Assembly (NCBI RefSeq): GCF_006345805.1
Contig: NC_043005.1
Coordinates: 18,352,001 to 18,416,000 of the forward strand
Direction: 5' to 3'
DNA from: Octopus sinensis
Taxonomy: Eukaryota
Length of the DNA: 64,000 nucleotides
This document shows, in pieces, positions 12,961 to 24,959 of the stretch. The number at the start of each line of letters is the position of its first letter. Position 1 is the first letter of the stretch. Under the pieces are notes generated by a model. It saw nothing but the letters and a program-made list of their open reading frames with translations, did no database searches and was not told the DNA's origin. Both the position numbers and the translations under genes were made by a program.

Positions 12961-13270
12961 TCACTGCCTTGAATCGAACTTGGAATATTGGGGTTTGTGG
13001 CCCACGCTCTTAATCACTACGCCATATGCCCGTGACCTGAATAACAACAACAACAACAACAACAACAACAATAATAATAATAAGAAGAAGAATAACATCG
13101 AAAAATACCTTAGGAAATGAGAACCCACGTTCGAAATTTCCCCAAGACATCTGATGCAAGCTGGAGGGTATATCAGCTGAAACGTTATGTTAACAACAAA
13201 CAAGATTAGAACAAATATCCGTCAAATGTAATTAAAATAAATAGTGTAAATAATGTACATAATTCTTCAT
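12951..13270 (+). mobile_element. Composite family E: inverted tRNA-like head, GACCTG(AAT/AAC)n, hammerhead module
   Basis: tRNA-like A/B boxes on - strand 12957-13040; module AACATCGAAAAATACCTTAGG...ATATCCGTCAAATGTAA homologous to 23880-24025. Confidence 0.8.
13147..13190 (+). ncRNA. Minimal type I hammerhead ribozyme fold (A9>C core variant)
   Basis: ACAT-CTGATGC-A-AGCTG-gagggtatat-CAGCT-GAA-ACGT-T-ATGT; stems I and II fully paired, palindromic ACGT stem III. Confidence 0.7.
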
Positions 13271-14569
13271 CACTTAAATATAGAACTGTATTAAAATTAC
13301 ATGTTAAATAGATTATGAAGCTACAAATAATAGTGTTTTAAGATGTATCCATATACACAAAGGGTAAATAGGTTAAAATTGTATAAACTAATTATTTTTG
13401 GAAAACAATTCAAAAGTTGTTTAAATATTTATGTCTACAAAGAACTATGACATCCGAGATCTTATTAACTAAAATTCTTTTGTCAGTACGGTGTGCTGTT
13501 TAGTATGTGTTACGGCTCCTTCTTTTATGCGTTCGCCCCCTCTAACTTCAGAACCTGGCTACACCCAACTCTCTCAGGAATCACCGAAATTATAGGTAAC
13601 TCTGTTTATTGATTCAGTAAGAATGGAAAGGTAAGTTGATTTTAGTTACATTTGAGTTCATTACGTAATAATACATATACCGCAGCGAGCTAATGAATCT
13701 GCCAATAATCTAGATCGGTTTCTGGCTAACTTGAAACATTGTCAAGTGTAATAAAAGGAAATATGAAATTATGTAATACATCGTAAAGAGTTTCTCGATG
13801 TCAGTAGGTTTATTTGCCACGAGGAGTGAAATTACATAGTTCCAACAAATGAATGAGATTAAATATTAGTCAACATCTTATAAACTCTAAGAACCATTAA
13901 GAACGAACTAAAACAGCCTAATTTGGAACCGACTCAGTTTAATTGGACAATCTGTAAACAAGATTTAATTTGCACCATATCTTGGCTATCATTATGACTG
14001 TGTGTACATGTGATGACTTTGTGTCCAATTTTCGCTCAGGTTTCAGACTTTTATCTTAGACGTTCCTCCGGCTCTAAAGCTCTTCATTATTTCTTATTTC
14101 ATTTTCGAAATTTCTTTTGAAGTTTGCCTTCCCATTTTCTCGGTTTTATAATTTTTGAAGTATCCGAATTGCAATTTTTGAAGTATCCTTTACATTTTAG
14201 CGTTAAGTAGAAACATGATTTATCTATATTCATCACAGCTTCTCAGGCAATTATTTTCTTTGAAGTAGTTCACAGTTAAATATCAAAGAAAATGGTTTGT
14301 CAACGATCATGGAAGGAAGATTATTTGTAGCGCTAAATGCTAGAAGCTAGAGACGGCTGTTTCAAATGATAATGTGTTCGGAGTACACTTTTTCCTGGTG
14401 GAAAAAATATATATCATCTTTTAAAAATACATAAAATATGAATAACGATAAACAAAATTCATGGACGACGAAATATTCTGCGGCACTGAGAAAGAACAAT
14501 AACAAATGAACCCCGTGCATCTGAATACACTGATACAAATAACAGTAAAATTTTCCGCAAGTCATCATC

Positions 14570-15745
14570 TAGTATGGCGGTTGTTCATAAACACTTCTGA
14601 GTGGATCTTAAAATGTGAGCTTCTACACAATGGAAACAAATATGGATCAATCCCAATTGGTCACTCAAAGATGACTGAATAGCAAAAACAATTGTTCTGG
14701 TCCTACAGAAAATATCATATCACGATCACCAGTGGTTAATCTGTGTGGACCTAGAGATGATGAATTTTCTCCTGGGCCATCAAAGTGGATACACTAAATA
14801 TCCATGCATTATCTGACTCTGAGATAGTGTATCTAAGGATGAACAAAGCGTGAGAAAACAGCGGCCTCTGAGAGAAATGTTAGTAGGATAAAAAAAATGT
14901 AATTTTAGAACCATCGGTTGACCAGAATAAGACCATTTTACCACAACTACACATGAAATTACGTTTAATGAAACGGTCTGTAAAGGCTCTGAACAAAGAG
15001 GGGAGATACTTCTGCCACATCTACGGAAAGGTTCAAGCGCTAAGCATGGAGAAGCTAAAGGCAGTTATTTTTCACGGTCCACAAATCAGAAAACTCATGA
15101 AAGATCCATATTTCGAAGATTCAATGAACAATACTGAGACTGATGCATGGTCTTCTTTCACTATGACTGTACGGAGGTTTCTTGGGAAATATATAACAGA
15201 CCATTACACTGAGCTAGTAGAGAGAATGATATCTTCTTTCAGTCAACTTGGCTGTACAATGAGTATCAAGATACATTATCTCCCCAGTCATTTGAATCGA
15301 TTCCCAGAAAACCTTGGTGATTTAAGTGAAGAGCAGGGCGCACGAAAGATACCGAGAACAATGGGATATCCACATAATGGCAGAATACTGTTCAAAGTGA
15401 TTCCCCTGGTGCAACTCATCACAGGAATTCTTTGAAGAAACGCTTTTGTGAGATATCTGAGTAAATGAGCAGTATGCAACTTTCTATGTTTGTTTCATTA
15501 TTATCTCATTCCCTGGTGTAAATTCTTCATGAATCAAAGACATCTAAGTGTATGAATTCGTTTTATTAATTCATAAGGCAAAAAATAATGATTTGTAGAT
15601 ATCGGTGCTAGTGTCCAATTTGTCGTATGCATTAAAATTGAAGGTATTTTATATCTTATTAACCAGAAGTGAAGGGAAAACAGCTAATGGTATATTTAGA
15701 ATCAGAGATCAAAGTAATATCTCAGGCACTAATTTTCATGTTCCC
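14570..15745 (+). pseudogene. Decayed DNA transposon, Chapaev3 (CMC)-like transposase plus probable right terminus
   Basis: WRLFINTS..LKCELLHNGNKYGSIPIGHS, GHQSGYTKYPC, LHMKLRLMK, FHGPQIRKL, HYLPSHLNRFPENLGDLSEEQG; end resembles ...TGTTCCCCAGT(G). Superfamily name from recall. Confidence 0.65.
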
Positions 15746-16201
15746 CAGTATTATCAATCCGGGCAAAATACTTCATAAGCTATCTGTTGGCACACCAGGC
15801 TAGGAATAGTGTTTAGATTAATGACGAGCTCTAAGTATTCCTGTGGCAGAATACTTCGAGGTTATGGTTCATCATAAATCTCTATTGTAAATCGGTAGAT
15901 GGACTCCAGACAAACTGGTTTTTAAAGAATGATATATAAGACAAGTTATAGATAATGGTCATTAAATATTTTTTTTCCTTTATAAGTGCAAATTTAGCTT
16001 AGAGCTGTTTCCAGTAGTCCTTATTGGTACGTTACTCAATTGGTCTATTGATTGGTTGAGAAAATTGAACGGCCTAAAATAAATTATACTATTTTCGTCA
16101 GAGCCATTTCTGGTTATAACAAAGCAGAATAATTTTCTAATAAAGGAAAAATGTGTATTGACCATTATCTATATCTTGTCTTATATATATATTATATATA
16201 T

Positions 16202-16290
<89 letters not shown>

Positions 16291-16320
16291 ATTGTATATA
16301 TATATATATATATATAAATG

Positions 16321-16373
<53 letters not shown>

Positions 16374-16869
16374 TATATATATGTATATATAGATAGATAG
16401 ATAGAGAGATAGAGAGATACATACATGCATACATACATACATATATACATACATACATATATATGCATCCGTGTATGTGTGTGTATGTGTGTAGTGTCTA
16501 TTTTTACTGATACATTCAAGCAGCATATGCGTTCAGACCTGGTACACATATTTTCAGTTATATGTGTAATATATTAAAAATTCATACCTAAACACATACG
16601 TACATTCATGCATAGATACATACATGCAGACAGACATACAGATGTTCTGGCTAAGTGTTTCCCGTAACGAATTTATGTTCATAGTATCGTTCGACCTTTT
16701 TTACCTCGTATAGAATTTCTTGCTCTCACAATATGTTTATCCGTAATTTTTATTAAAAAGCAATCATATGAGACGGTACTTAGAAAACTCGATCCTATTT
16801 ATGTCTTTTCTTTTTCTTTATTTTCTTCGCTGTTATTGACGTTTGTTCCATTTGAAATCCAATGGTTTC

Positions 16870-17170
16870 TGAAATACAGCAGATGGCTCTCAGAGGCCCT
16901 CAAGACATACTATCATTGACACAGAAATATTGTTCAGTTCTTGCTGTCTAATCTCCTTTTGACGTTATATGCAGTGTTTATTCCTTTTAATATTTACTTT
17001 GTTTCTTTAAGGATATCTGCTTCAGAAAATCGAAAGAATGGCAGAGGAAATGTTGTATATATTTAATCAGGTCTTTTTTCTTTAAGTTCTGAGACTAGCT
17101 TCAACCGACGTCTACTTTCCATTTTAATACTTCCGGGGATGACTACATTGATATACAACTTAGTACCGAA
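16870..17170 (-). pseudogene. Possible heavily decayed GIY-YIG (Penelope-like) remnant
   Basis: Minus-strand translation VVYQCS...Y*NGK*TS..L.T..K followed by F.FSEADILKE; many stops. Confidence 0.3.
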
Positions 17171-18632
17171 GATAGTGTGATTATCTACACCAGCCAGCCA
17201 CCCACAAAATACTGTGACTTCAGTTAAGTTACAAAATGAGCTGAGAGTGTTGCTGTATTTGTAGAATCGGTGGCTTCATTTCCTTTTCCTTTTCTAGTTT
17301 CAACCTGAGAGCTGCGGCCATGCTGAGCTATTGCTATTTGCTACTCTTTCTGTGGTGTGTGGAATTTGGTGAATGAGGGAATTTGATGTTGCTGTCCTCA
17401 GTTGCGTTCCTTGCTGCGAGGTAAGGTCATCCGTCCAAGACTATTGTCAAATAATGGAGAAACTCTGTTTTCCTGAGCGATAAACAATCGGGTTCTGTGT
17501 CTTCCATTTACCTCCCGTGGTTCTACGAAAGTCGTTTCAAGCAGAGGCAAAGATTTCGCAAGGGCTAAAACATATAATCAATATACATCTCAATCAGCAA
17601 ATATTACTGATTTCGTACTCAGCCGATCTTTTCCAAATTTACCCAGGGTTTTTTCAACAGTAATAATCACAATTGCGAAAGGCTGACCACCATAATTTTT
17701 AATTACATCTAATTACATTCAGAGTCCAGATTCAAGCTACGGTCCATTTTACCTTGTTTCACCTTGGCATAATATGCACACACATACACACACAAGAATA
17801 CGTCTGTCTGTCTGGATGTATGTACATATATATATATATATAAAATACAAAATGGGACAAGTACGCAAAACATCCAGATAGATGATACAAAGAAAACAAG
17901 GACGGGTCATTCGAAGTTTTCTTTCCTCAATCAAGCACCAGATTATCCTCGCAATTTCGGCTGATTATACTTGCGATTGCTCCAATCTGGCCAACCCTAA
18001 GGAAATACTAAGCTAAGAGCATTATATTTCTTGGAAGAAAGCAGGGAATGTATAAAAAAAACGAGGACAGAAAAAACGGCCAATGTTACACAAACACAAA
18101 TACAATAAAAATAATAACAGGATATAACAACAGGTGTCTTTCGTCAAAGGACGAATTGAATTAAACTGGCGTGTGTGGAAATGAAGCCTTACGGCAGAGA
18201 TACAAAATTTTCACAAACACAAGGAAGACCAACGGCCAGACCAAGAAAGAAAGAACAGGCTTGGCCGAACTCCGGTCACGTTGAAAGAGAAGAGAGAGAA
18301 GTAGAAGCCGAGAGACAGAAGAATTAAGGAGGGGCGAGACAAAAATGACAGGGACAAAGTGAAGTAAAAAGAGGAGGGAAAGTGAGCAAGAAGAGACGGC
18401 AAAGAAATGTGAGAGAGGGGAAACAAAAAAACGAGGTTCAAAATTAATCAAAGGACATATGTCTACCTGCAGGAAATAACAGTCAAAACTATTTGAATCT
18501 CAAGAAAGAAGGCCGCGAATGATCGTATTTTTTTCCCTAGCCTTCTAATTGTTGTTTCTTCCGTCCGCCTTTGTATCGTTTATCTGTCTGGATGTTTTAT
18601 TGTCCTCTATTGCGTTATTTTCTATCTTTTAT

Positions 18633-18675
<43 letters not shown>

Positions 18676-19274
18676 GAAACACATACACGCACCTATCTCA
18701 GAATACTCATCCTGTTGAAAGCATATCCATCATTCTCACCTCCGCAGCAAATAAATACACATAGCTAATTATTATATGTGATATTTATTGTACTATTAAG
18801 TGACATTAAATATTACTAGCTCCGAGTTGAAACAGAAATAAAGACAAGTCAATTTTCCGCTTTCTGTGTTAATTGCTTAATAATGTTATTAGTTTATCGG
18901 TGAATTTATTCATAAATTTATATTATTTCTAGTTTTTCTATCTTTTTTTTTTTTGCAAACTTATTGATATCGATGCGTGTGTTAATGTATGCTTCGAGGG
19001 GGCGACGACCTGGCAAAACAGTTGTAACATCGTAAAAGTGTATTATGGTATACATACCTGCTTTTTGTGTCCTCAGATCAAATCTTGCGGTACTCAGCCT
19101 TAACTTTTCATTTCTCTGGGGTAAACAAAATAAAGGACCAATGTCGTATTAATACAAATGGTATCGACACAATACCTCCATCAGAAGGTACTGGCTTTAT
19201 ACCTATATCAGAAACAATAATTATAATCTTAGCATGAATTTTTAATAAATAAATTATTAATGAAGTCCTTTAAC

Positions 19275-19429
19275 AGGCTTGGTTATGTTGTAAGTAGTTA
19301 CCTCCCTAGCAACATAGTTCTGGGTTCACTCTAAATGCATAGTAACTTGGGCAAGTGTCTTTTACTATAGCCTCGTCGAACGTAGCCTTGTGAGTGGATT
19401 TGACAGAAGGAAACTAAAAAGAAGCTGTA

Positions 19430-19432
<3 letters not shown>
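19275..19432 (+). mobile_element. Degenerate 5' half of SINE family A
   Basis: GTTCTGGGTTCAC...TTGGGCAAGTGTCT...GGAAACTAAAAAGAAGC then (TA)n. Confidence 0.7.
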
Positions 19433-19467
<35 letters not shown>

Positions 19468-19471
<4 letters not shown>

Positions 19472-19570
19472 TTTTTAAATTGTTCCAGACACTTGACAGC
19501 AGCTATGCTGGAACATCGACATACATACATACATAATACATACATACATATAAGTATTAAAAAAAATATG

Positions 19571-19634
<64 letters not shown>

Positions 19635-19687
19635 ATACTTTTTAATTGTTCCAGACACTTGACAGCAGCTATGCTGGAACATCGCCA

Positions 19688-19719
<32 letters not shown>

Positions 19720-19745
19720 AGTATGAAAAAAAATATGTATATATA
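19468..19745. repeat. Tandem duplication, about 167-bp period
   Basis: TACTTTTTAA(A)TTGTTCCAGACACTTGACAGCAGCTATGCTGGAACATCG+(ACAT)n present twice. Confidence 0.85.
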
Positions 19746-19851
19746 TATATATATATATATAAACAACTTATAAACAAGGACAGTAGAAAAATTATTTCAG
19801 TGCCAATATGCTGACAACAGACTTTAAATCGTCAAATTCCACATTACAACA

Positions 19852-20086
19852 TATATTTCTTTATTGCCCACAAGGAGCTAAACATAGAGGGGACAAACAA
19901 GAACAGACAAAGGGATTAAGTCGATTACATCGACCCCAGTGCGAAACTGGTACTTTATTTATCGACCCCCCAAAGGACGAAAGGAAAAGTCGACCTCGGC
20001 GGAATTTGAACTCAAAACGTAACGACAGACGAAATACCGCTAAGCATTTCGCCCGGTGCACTAACTTATCTGCCAGGTCGCCGCCT
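19852..20086 (-). mobile_element. tRNA-derived SINE, family B
   Basis: Reverse complement GGCGGCGACCTGGCAG...GAGTTCAAATTCCGCCGAGGTCGAC...; probable TSD TTACAA(C/T)AT at 19844-19852 / 20094-20102. Confidence 0.9.
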
Positions 20087-20179
20087 TTTCGCGTTACAAT
20101 ATAGATTCACTATAAATACACGTCGTGCTGAAATCGAGGAAAGCGAGCTAACAGAATTTTTTTAGAAAAAAGTTCGTTA

Positions 20180-20238
20180 TTTCTATATTGAATCAATTGC
20201 GGGATTAATCCTATGCATTTTTCCCTCTTCAGTAGAAA
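20180..20238 (-). ncRNA. Full three-stem type I hammerhead fold with one core substitution (GAAA>GCAA)
   Basis: TTTCTA-CTGAAGA-GGGA-(17 nt)-TCCC-GCA-ATTG-att-CAAT-A-TAGAAA; 6-bp stem I, 4-bp stem II, 4-bp stem III. Confidence 0.7.
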
Positions 20239-20503
20239 ATACGATAAGACATAAATGAAATACTTACAAGCACCCATGGAAAAAAGCAGAAGCAACTGTC
20301 ATGTGTACACATAAGTACCCCAGTTATATCTAAATGTAAAATCCTTTAGCAAGCCTCAGCACACGTGTGATCTATTCTGAACCACAACTTATAGTGGTTA
20401 CCAGTCCCTAAGTGAATGCTAATAAATCTACTACTAATATATAAAGTGGCAGCATATAAAACGTCTATAAATGTTAAAATTATAAACAACTTATAAACAA
20501 GGA

Positions 20504-20910
20504 GGCGCAGGAGTGGCTGTGTGGTAAGTAGCTTGCTAACCAACCACATGGTTCCGGGTTCAGTCCCACTGCGTGGCATCTTGCGCAAGTGTCTTCTGCT
20601 ATAGCCCCGGGCCGACCAATGCCTTGTGAGTGGATTTGGTAGACGGAAACTGAAAGAAGCCTGTCGTATATATGTATATATATATATGTGTATGTGTTTG
20701 TGTGTGTGTGTTTCTGTCCCCCTAGCATTGCTTGACAACCGATGCTGGTGTGTTTACGTCCCCGTAACTTAGCGGTTCGGCAAAAGAGACCGATAGAATA
20801 AGTACTGGGCTTACAAAGAATAAGTCCCGGGGTCGATTTGCTCGACTAAAGGCGGTGCTCCAGCATGGCCGCAGTCAAATGACTGAAACAAGTAAAAGAG
20901 TAAAAAGAGT
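20504..20910 (+). mobile_element. SINE family A, full length
   Basis: Near-consensus; TSD AAGGA at 20499-20503 / 20911-20915; empty site visible in the paralogous repeat at 19776. Confidence 0.92.
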
Positions 20911-21403
20911 AAGGAGAATAGAAAAATTATTCCAATGACAATATGCTGAGAACAGACTTTACATCGTCAATTTCCACATTACAATATGCATTCACTATAA
21001 ATACGCGTCGTGCTGAAATCGAGGAAAGCGAGCTGACAGAATTTTTTCTCTTAGTTTCCACCTCAGTCGTTTCTCCTTCCCTGTCCAGTATTTCGATGCA
21101 TTTAAGAGTGTTCATGAGTATCGTTTGCCTATGTTTCTGCGTACTTTGTATAATGTGTGCATACGTTGTGGTGTGTGAGTTGATGATGGTGTGTTATGTA
21201 TGTTGTGCTGGCAGGGACCTGCATCTGCGAGAGATGTATTTACTTATTGTTATATATCTTAGTCGCCATTCAACTAGACGAAATTTCATCATGTCATTAC
21301 CGGCTTTTTCTATAGATTGTTGCAGGCCAAAAATATCCTCAGTAGCGGAATGGAATTCTGCTCACTTATTTAGGTGTTTAGCTCTCTCCATTTCTGCACA
21401 CAC

Positions 21404-21461
<58 letters not shown>

Positions 21462-21506
21462 CACATAAACAAAGCGCTGTATATATATATATATATACAT
21501 ACACAA

Positions 21507-21541
<35 letters not shown>

Positions 21542-21547
21542 ATATAT

Positions 21548-21579
<32 letters not shown>

Positions 21580-21614
21580 CACACATATATATATATATAT
21601 AATATACATACACA

Positions 21615-21715
<101 letters not shown>

Positions 21716-21787
21716 GATAGATAGTTAGTAAGATAGATGTATATGCATATGTGTGTATTTGTGCGCGTATATATAAATTTACATATA

Positions 21788-22185
21788 CTCTTTTACTCTT
21801 TTACTTGTTTCAATCATTTGACTGTGGCCATGCTGGAGCATCACCTTTAGTCAATCGACCCCTGGACTTATATTTTGTACACCTAGTCCATATTCTATCG
21901 ATCTCTGTTGCCGAACCGCTAGGTTACGGAGACGTAAACACACCAGCATTGGTTGTCAAGCAATTTTGGTGGGACAAACACAGATTCACAAACATATATA
22001 CACATACATATATATATACATATATATGACGGGCGTCTTTCAGTTTCCTTCTTCCAAATCGAGTCACAAGGCTTTGGTCGGCCCGAGGCTATAGTAGAAG
22101 ACGCTTACCCAAGGTGCCACGTAGTGGGACTGAACCCGGAAACATGTGGTTGGAAAGCAAGCTACTTACCACACAGCCACTCCTA
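21788..22185 (-). mobile_element. SINE family A
   Basis: Collinear with other copies; extra 3' tail fragment at about 22275-22330. Confidence 0.88.
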
Positions 22186-22195
22186 CATATATATC

Positions 22196-22228
<33 letters not shown>

Positions 22229-22808
22229 ATCAATACATACATAAATATATATGTGTATGTGTGTGTGTGCCTATCTATCTGGCTGCATTCCAGTATGGCC
22301 GCAGGCAAATGACTGAAACAAATAAAAGAATGTGTTATATGCACATAAATAAACGTCTGTCTATGCATGTAAGATCATTGTTATTTATAAAGATGTATTT
22401 CTGTATTTCATTGTTCCGTCATCTAGAAAGATAAACTTTCGAACCTATCCTATGGCAAACGTATCCTTTTCTTTATTCTGTTAAAGTTGACGGTTGATGC
22501 TATTGTCAGTCGTTTTAACTTTTGCCTAATTCATTGTACGCTTGCATCTGTGTTCGCTGCAGCTTTCATTTTCACATCCAGCGTCCATACCGTATTCCAT
22601 AGCTGTAGGTACACATAATCACACAAACTCTGATATTCACGTTGTACACACATCAAGGCCTATGCGTATACATACTTGCATACGCACACGCGCTTCGCGA
22701 GCACGAACACGCACATGCACACACATGCACATAAAGACACAAATATAAATATGCATGTATGTATCTAAGTTCTTAAATTTCTCTCTCTCTCTAAATAGGT
22801 ATGCTTAC

Positions 22809-22860
<52 letters not shown>

Positions 22861-23124
22861 GCTAATGTATGTGAGTGCCTATACATGTGGTCAGATGCCT
22901 AAATCATACCATATTATATTATTATAATACTCTATATTGTTTCATATGTTTATCGTTTCATTAGCTTCGTTGTTGTTATTAGAATTATCATCATCATCAT
23001 TATCATCATCATCATTATTATTATTATTAATAATAATAATAATAATAATGATAATAATAATAATAATAACAACAACAACAACAACAAAAACAACAACAAA
23101 ATCAACAACGACAACAACAACAAC

Positions 23125-23155
<31 letters not shown>

Positions 23156-23159
23156 TTTT

Positions 23160-23870
23160 CTCTTTATCACAGGTTTTGTTGGAGCTACTGGAGTCTTACA
23201 TGCATAGCAGGCTTACTACCTGCAGACAACGGTACCATGCTATCTGTTCTTTCATTTATCTAATACTTTCCTAATTATTCTGGCCGTGCCAAGGAGGCAA
23301 ACCTTTTGTTACAATTCCGCTGGGTACTCTATTCCAATTTCCGTTATATTCCTCTTGATGCCTTCTGATATTGTTCTCAATCATCCAGCAATAATTGGCA
23401 CTATCTTCATCTTCTTCATTTTCCATAACCAGGTTCTTTCGTAGTTAAGAGGGTTGTATCTATCGATCTTTTCGTCTTCTTTCTTGACTATTCCTGTATC
23501 AAAGGCGCACGTAACACCCGCTATATAGCATATGTGGTGCACCGTGTTCACCATCACTAGGTACGATCAGTTTGGATTGGGAAATCCCAGAGTATTTTGC
23601 TAGTCTCCGACTCCGGTTTATGCTCATATCACATTTTGCCTCTCTCTAGTCCACACTTTTCGCACCGTTTCCAATGTAGCATTTTGGCTACCTGTCCGTG
23701 TTGCCACAACATGTAGTGGTTTTGGACAAGTCTAAGGCATTCCTTAATGATATGGGCAATAGTTTCATCCACTCTATTGCAGATGCAGAACAGCGGAGAC
23801 ACTTTCTCATTCCAAAGGTGGACCCTCCATTTCGTGGCCAAACCTTGGTCAGTATAGAGCTCTCTGTATC
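23160..23870 (-). pseudogene. R4/Dong-type LINE 3' fragment (CCHC + RLE), diverged subfamily
   Basis: CICNRVDETIAHIIKEC...HGQVAKMLHWK; ends in (AAT)n-type array. Confidence 0.7.
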
Positions 23871-23874
23871 TTCA

Positions 23875-24150
23875 TTATTTACATTATTTACATTTGACGG
23901 ATATTTGTCCTCTTCTTGTTTGTTGTTAACACAACGCTTCGGCTGATATACTATCCAGCTTTCATCAGGTGTCTTGGAAATTTAGAACTTGGGTTCTCAT
24001 TCCTAAGGTATTTTTTCTATGTTATTATTATTATTATTTTCATTATTATTATTCAGGTCACTACCTGGAATCGAAATCTGAATCTTGGAGTTAGTAGTCC
24101 ACGCGCTTAACCCCAAGATTCCGAGTTCCATTCCAGGCAGAGACCTGAAT
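23875..24150 (-). mobile_element. Composite family E, second copy (inverted plus sense tRNA-like head, (AAT)n, hammerhead module)
   Basis: 43-bp inverted arms about 24052-24094 / 24107-24149; sense head retains the B-box region; same GACCTGAAT(AAT)n junction as 13040. Confidence 0.8.
23929..23972 (-). ncRNA. Minimal type I hammerhead ribozyme fold (A15.1>G variant)
   Basis: ACAC-CTGATGA-A-AGCTG-gatagtatat-CAGCC-GAA-GCGT-T-GTGT. Confidence 0.7.
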
Positions 24151-24275
24151 AATAATAATGATAATAATAATAATAATGATGATGATGATGATGATGATGA
24201 TCATGATGATCATGATCATGATAATAATAATAATGATGATTAAATTAATGATTAAATTTTAGTAATGATTTATTA

Positions 24276-24310
<35 letters not shown>

Positions 24311-24766
24311 CTGTGTGTATGCCGATACACACAGATAGAGAAATTAAGGCCAACAGACCAGATATATTTGTCAGAGATCATGAAGAAAAAAAATGCTTTC
24401 TAATTGATGTATCAATACCGGCTGATGACAACGTGTCTCTAAAAGAAATGGAGAAACTCTCAAAATACAAAGACCTGGAAATAGAGGTAATTAGAATAGA
24501 GAATCTGAAAAGAGAAACAATTCCTATCATAGTAGGTGCATTAGGCATGATAAAAAAATATTCAGACAAATACATAACAAAAACACCAGGACTTACAAAC
24601 ACATATAACATACAGAAAATTGCACTACTAGGCACTGCACACATCCTACGCAGAACACTTTCCATACAATAACCATCAGAGCATCACAACAAATCACAGC
24701 ACATACCCAAGGCACACAGAGCTGTGCTCGGTAGTGAAGTGAAAGCACGCTATAAAAATAAAACTA

Positions 24767-24770
<4 letters not shown>
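24311..24770 (+). mobile_element. R4/Dong-type LINE 3' end (RLE domain + 3' UTR), subfamily A
   Basis: ANRPDIFVRDHEEKKCFLIDVSIPADDNV...EKLSKYKDL...IVGALG...LLGTAHILRR; tail ACTACTG(AAT)n; 5' edge in (AAT)n. Confidence 0.9.
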
Positions 24771-24816
<46 letters not shown>

Positions 24817-24819
24817 TAC

Positions 24820-24851
<32 letters not shown>

Positions 24852-24854
24852 GCG

Positions 24855-24906
<52 letters not shown>

Positions 24907-24959
24907 CAACAACAATAACAACATCGAAAAAAAGGAAAAAAGCGTTAGGAATGAGAACT

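Larger units (their letters stand above)
19759..21046 (-). mobile_element. Direct-repeat (pLTR-like) non-coding element with internal hammerhead; each repeat split by a different SINE
   Basis: Repeat 1 = 19759-19851 + 20093-20162; repeat 2 = 20481-20503 + 20911-21046; starts ATAAACAACTTATAAACAAGG, as at 55769. Confidence 0.7.

Noticed and set aside
12957-13040. tRNA gene
   Set aside because: A/B boxes are present but the acceptor stem does not close; it is a repeat head
17830-18500. Purine-rich block with a GGTTGG/TCAGCC-GAAA motif on the minus strand
   Set aside because: Probably a repeat remnant, but single-copy in this window with no hammerhead core or ORF
24421-24452. CTGATGA...GAAA in the Dong RLE region
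   Set aside because: No stem II or stem I pairing; lies in coding sequence
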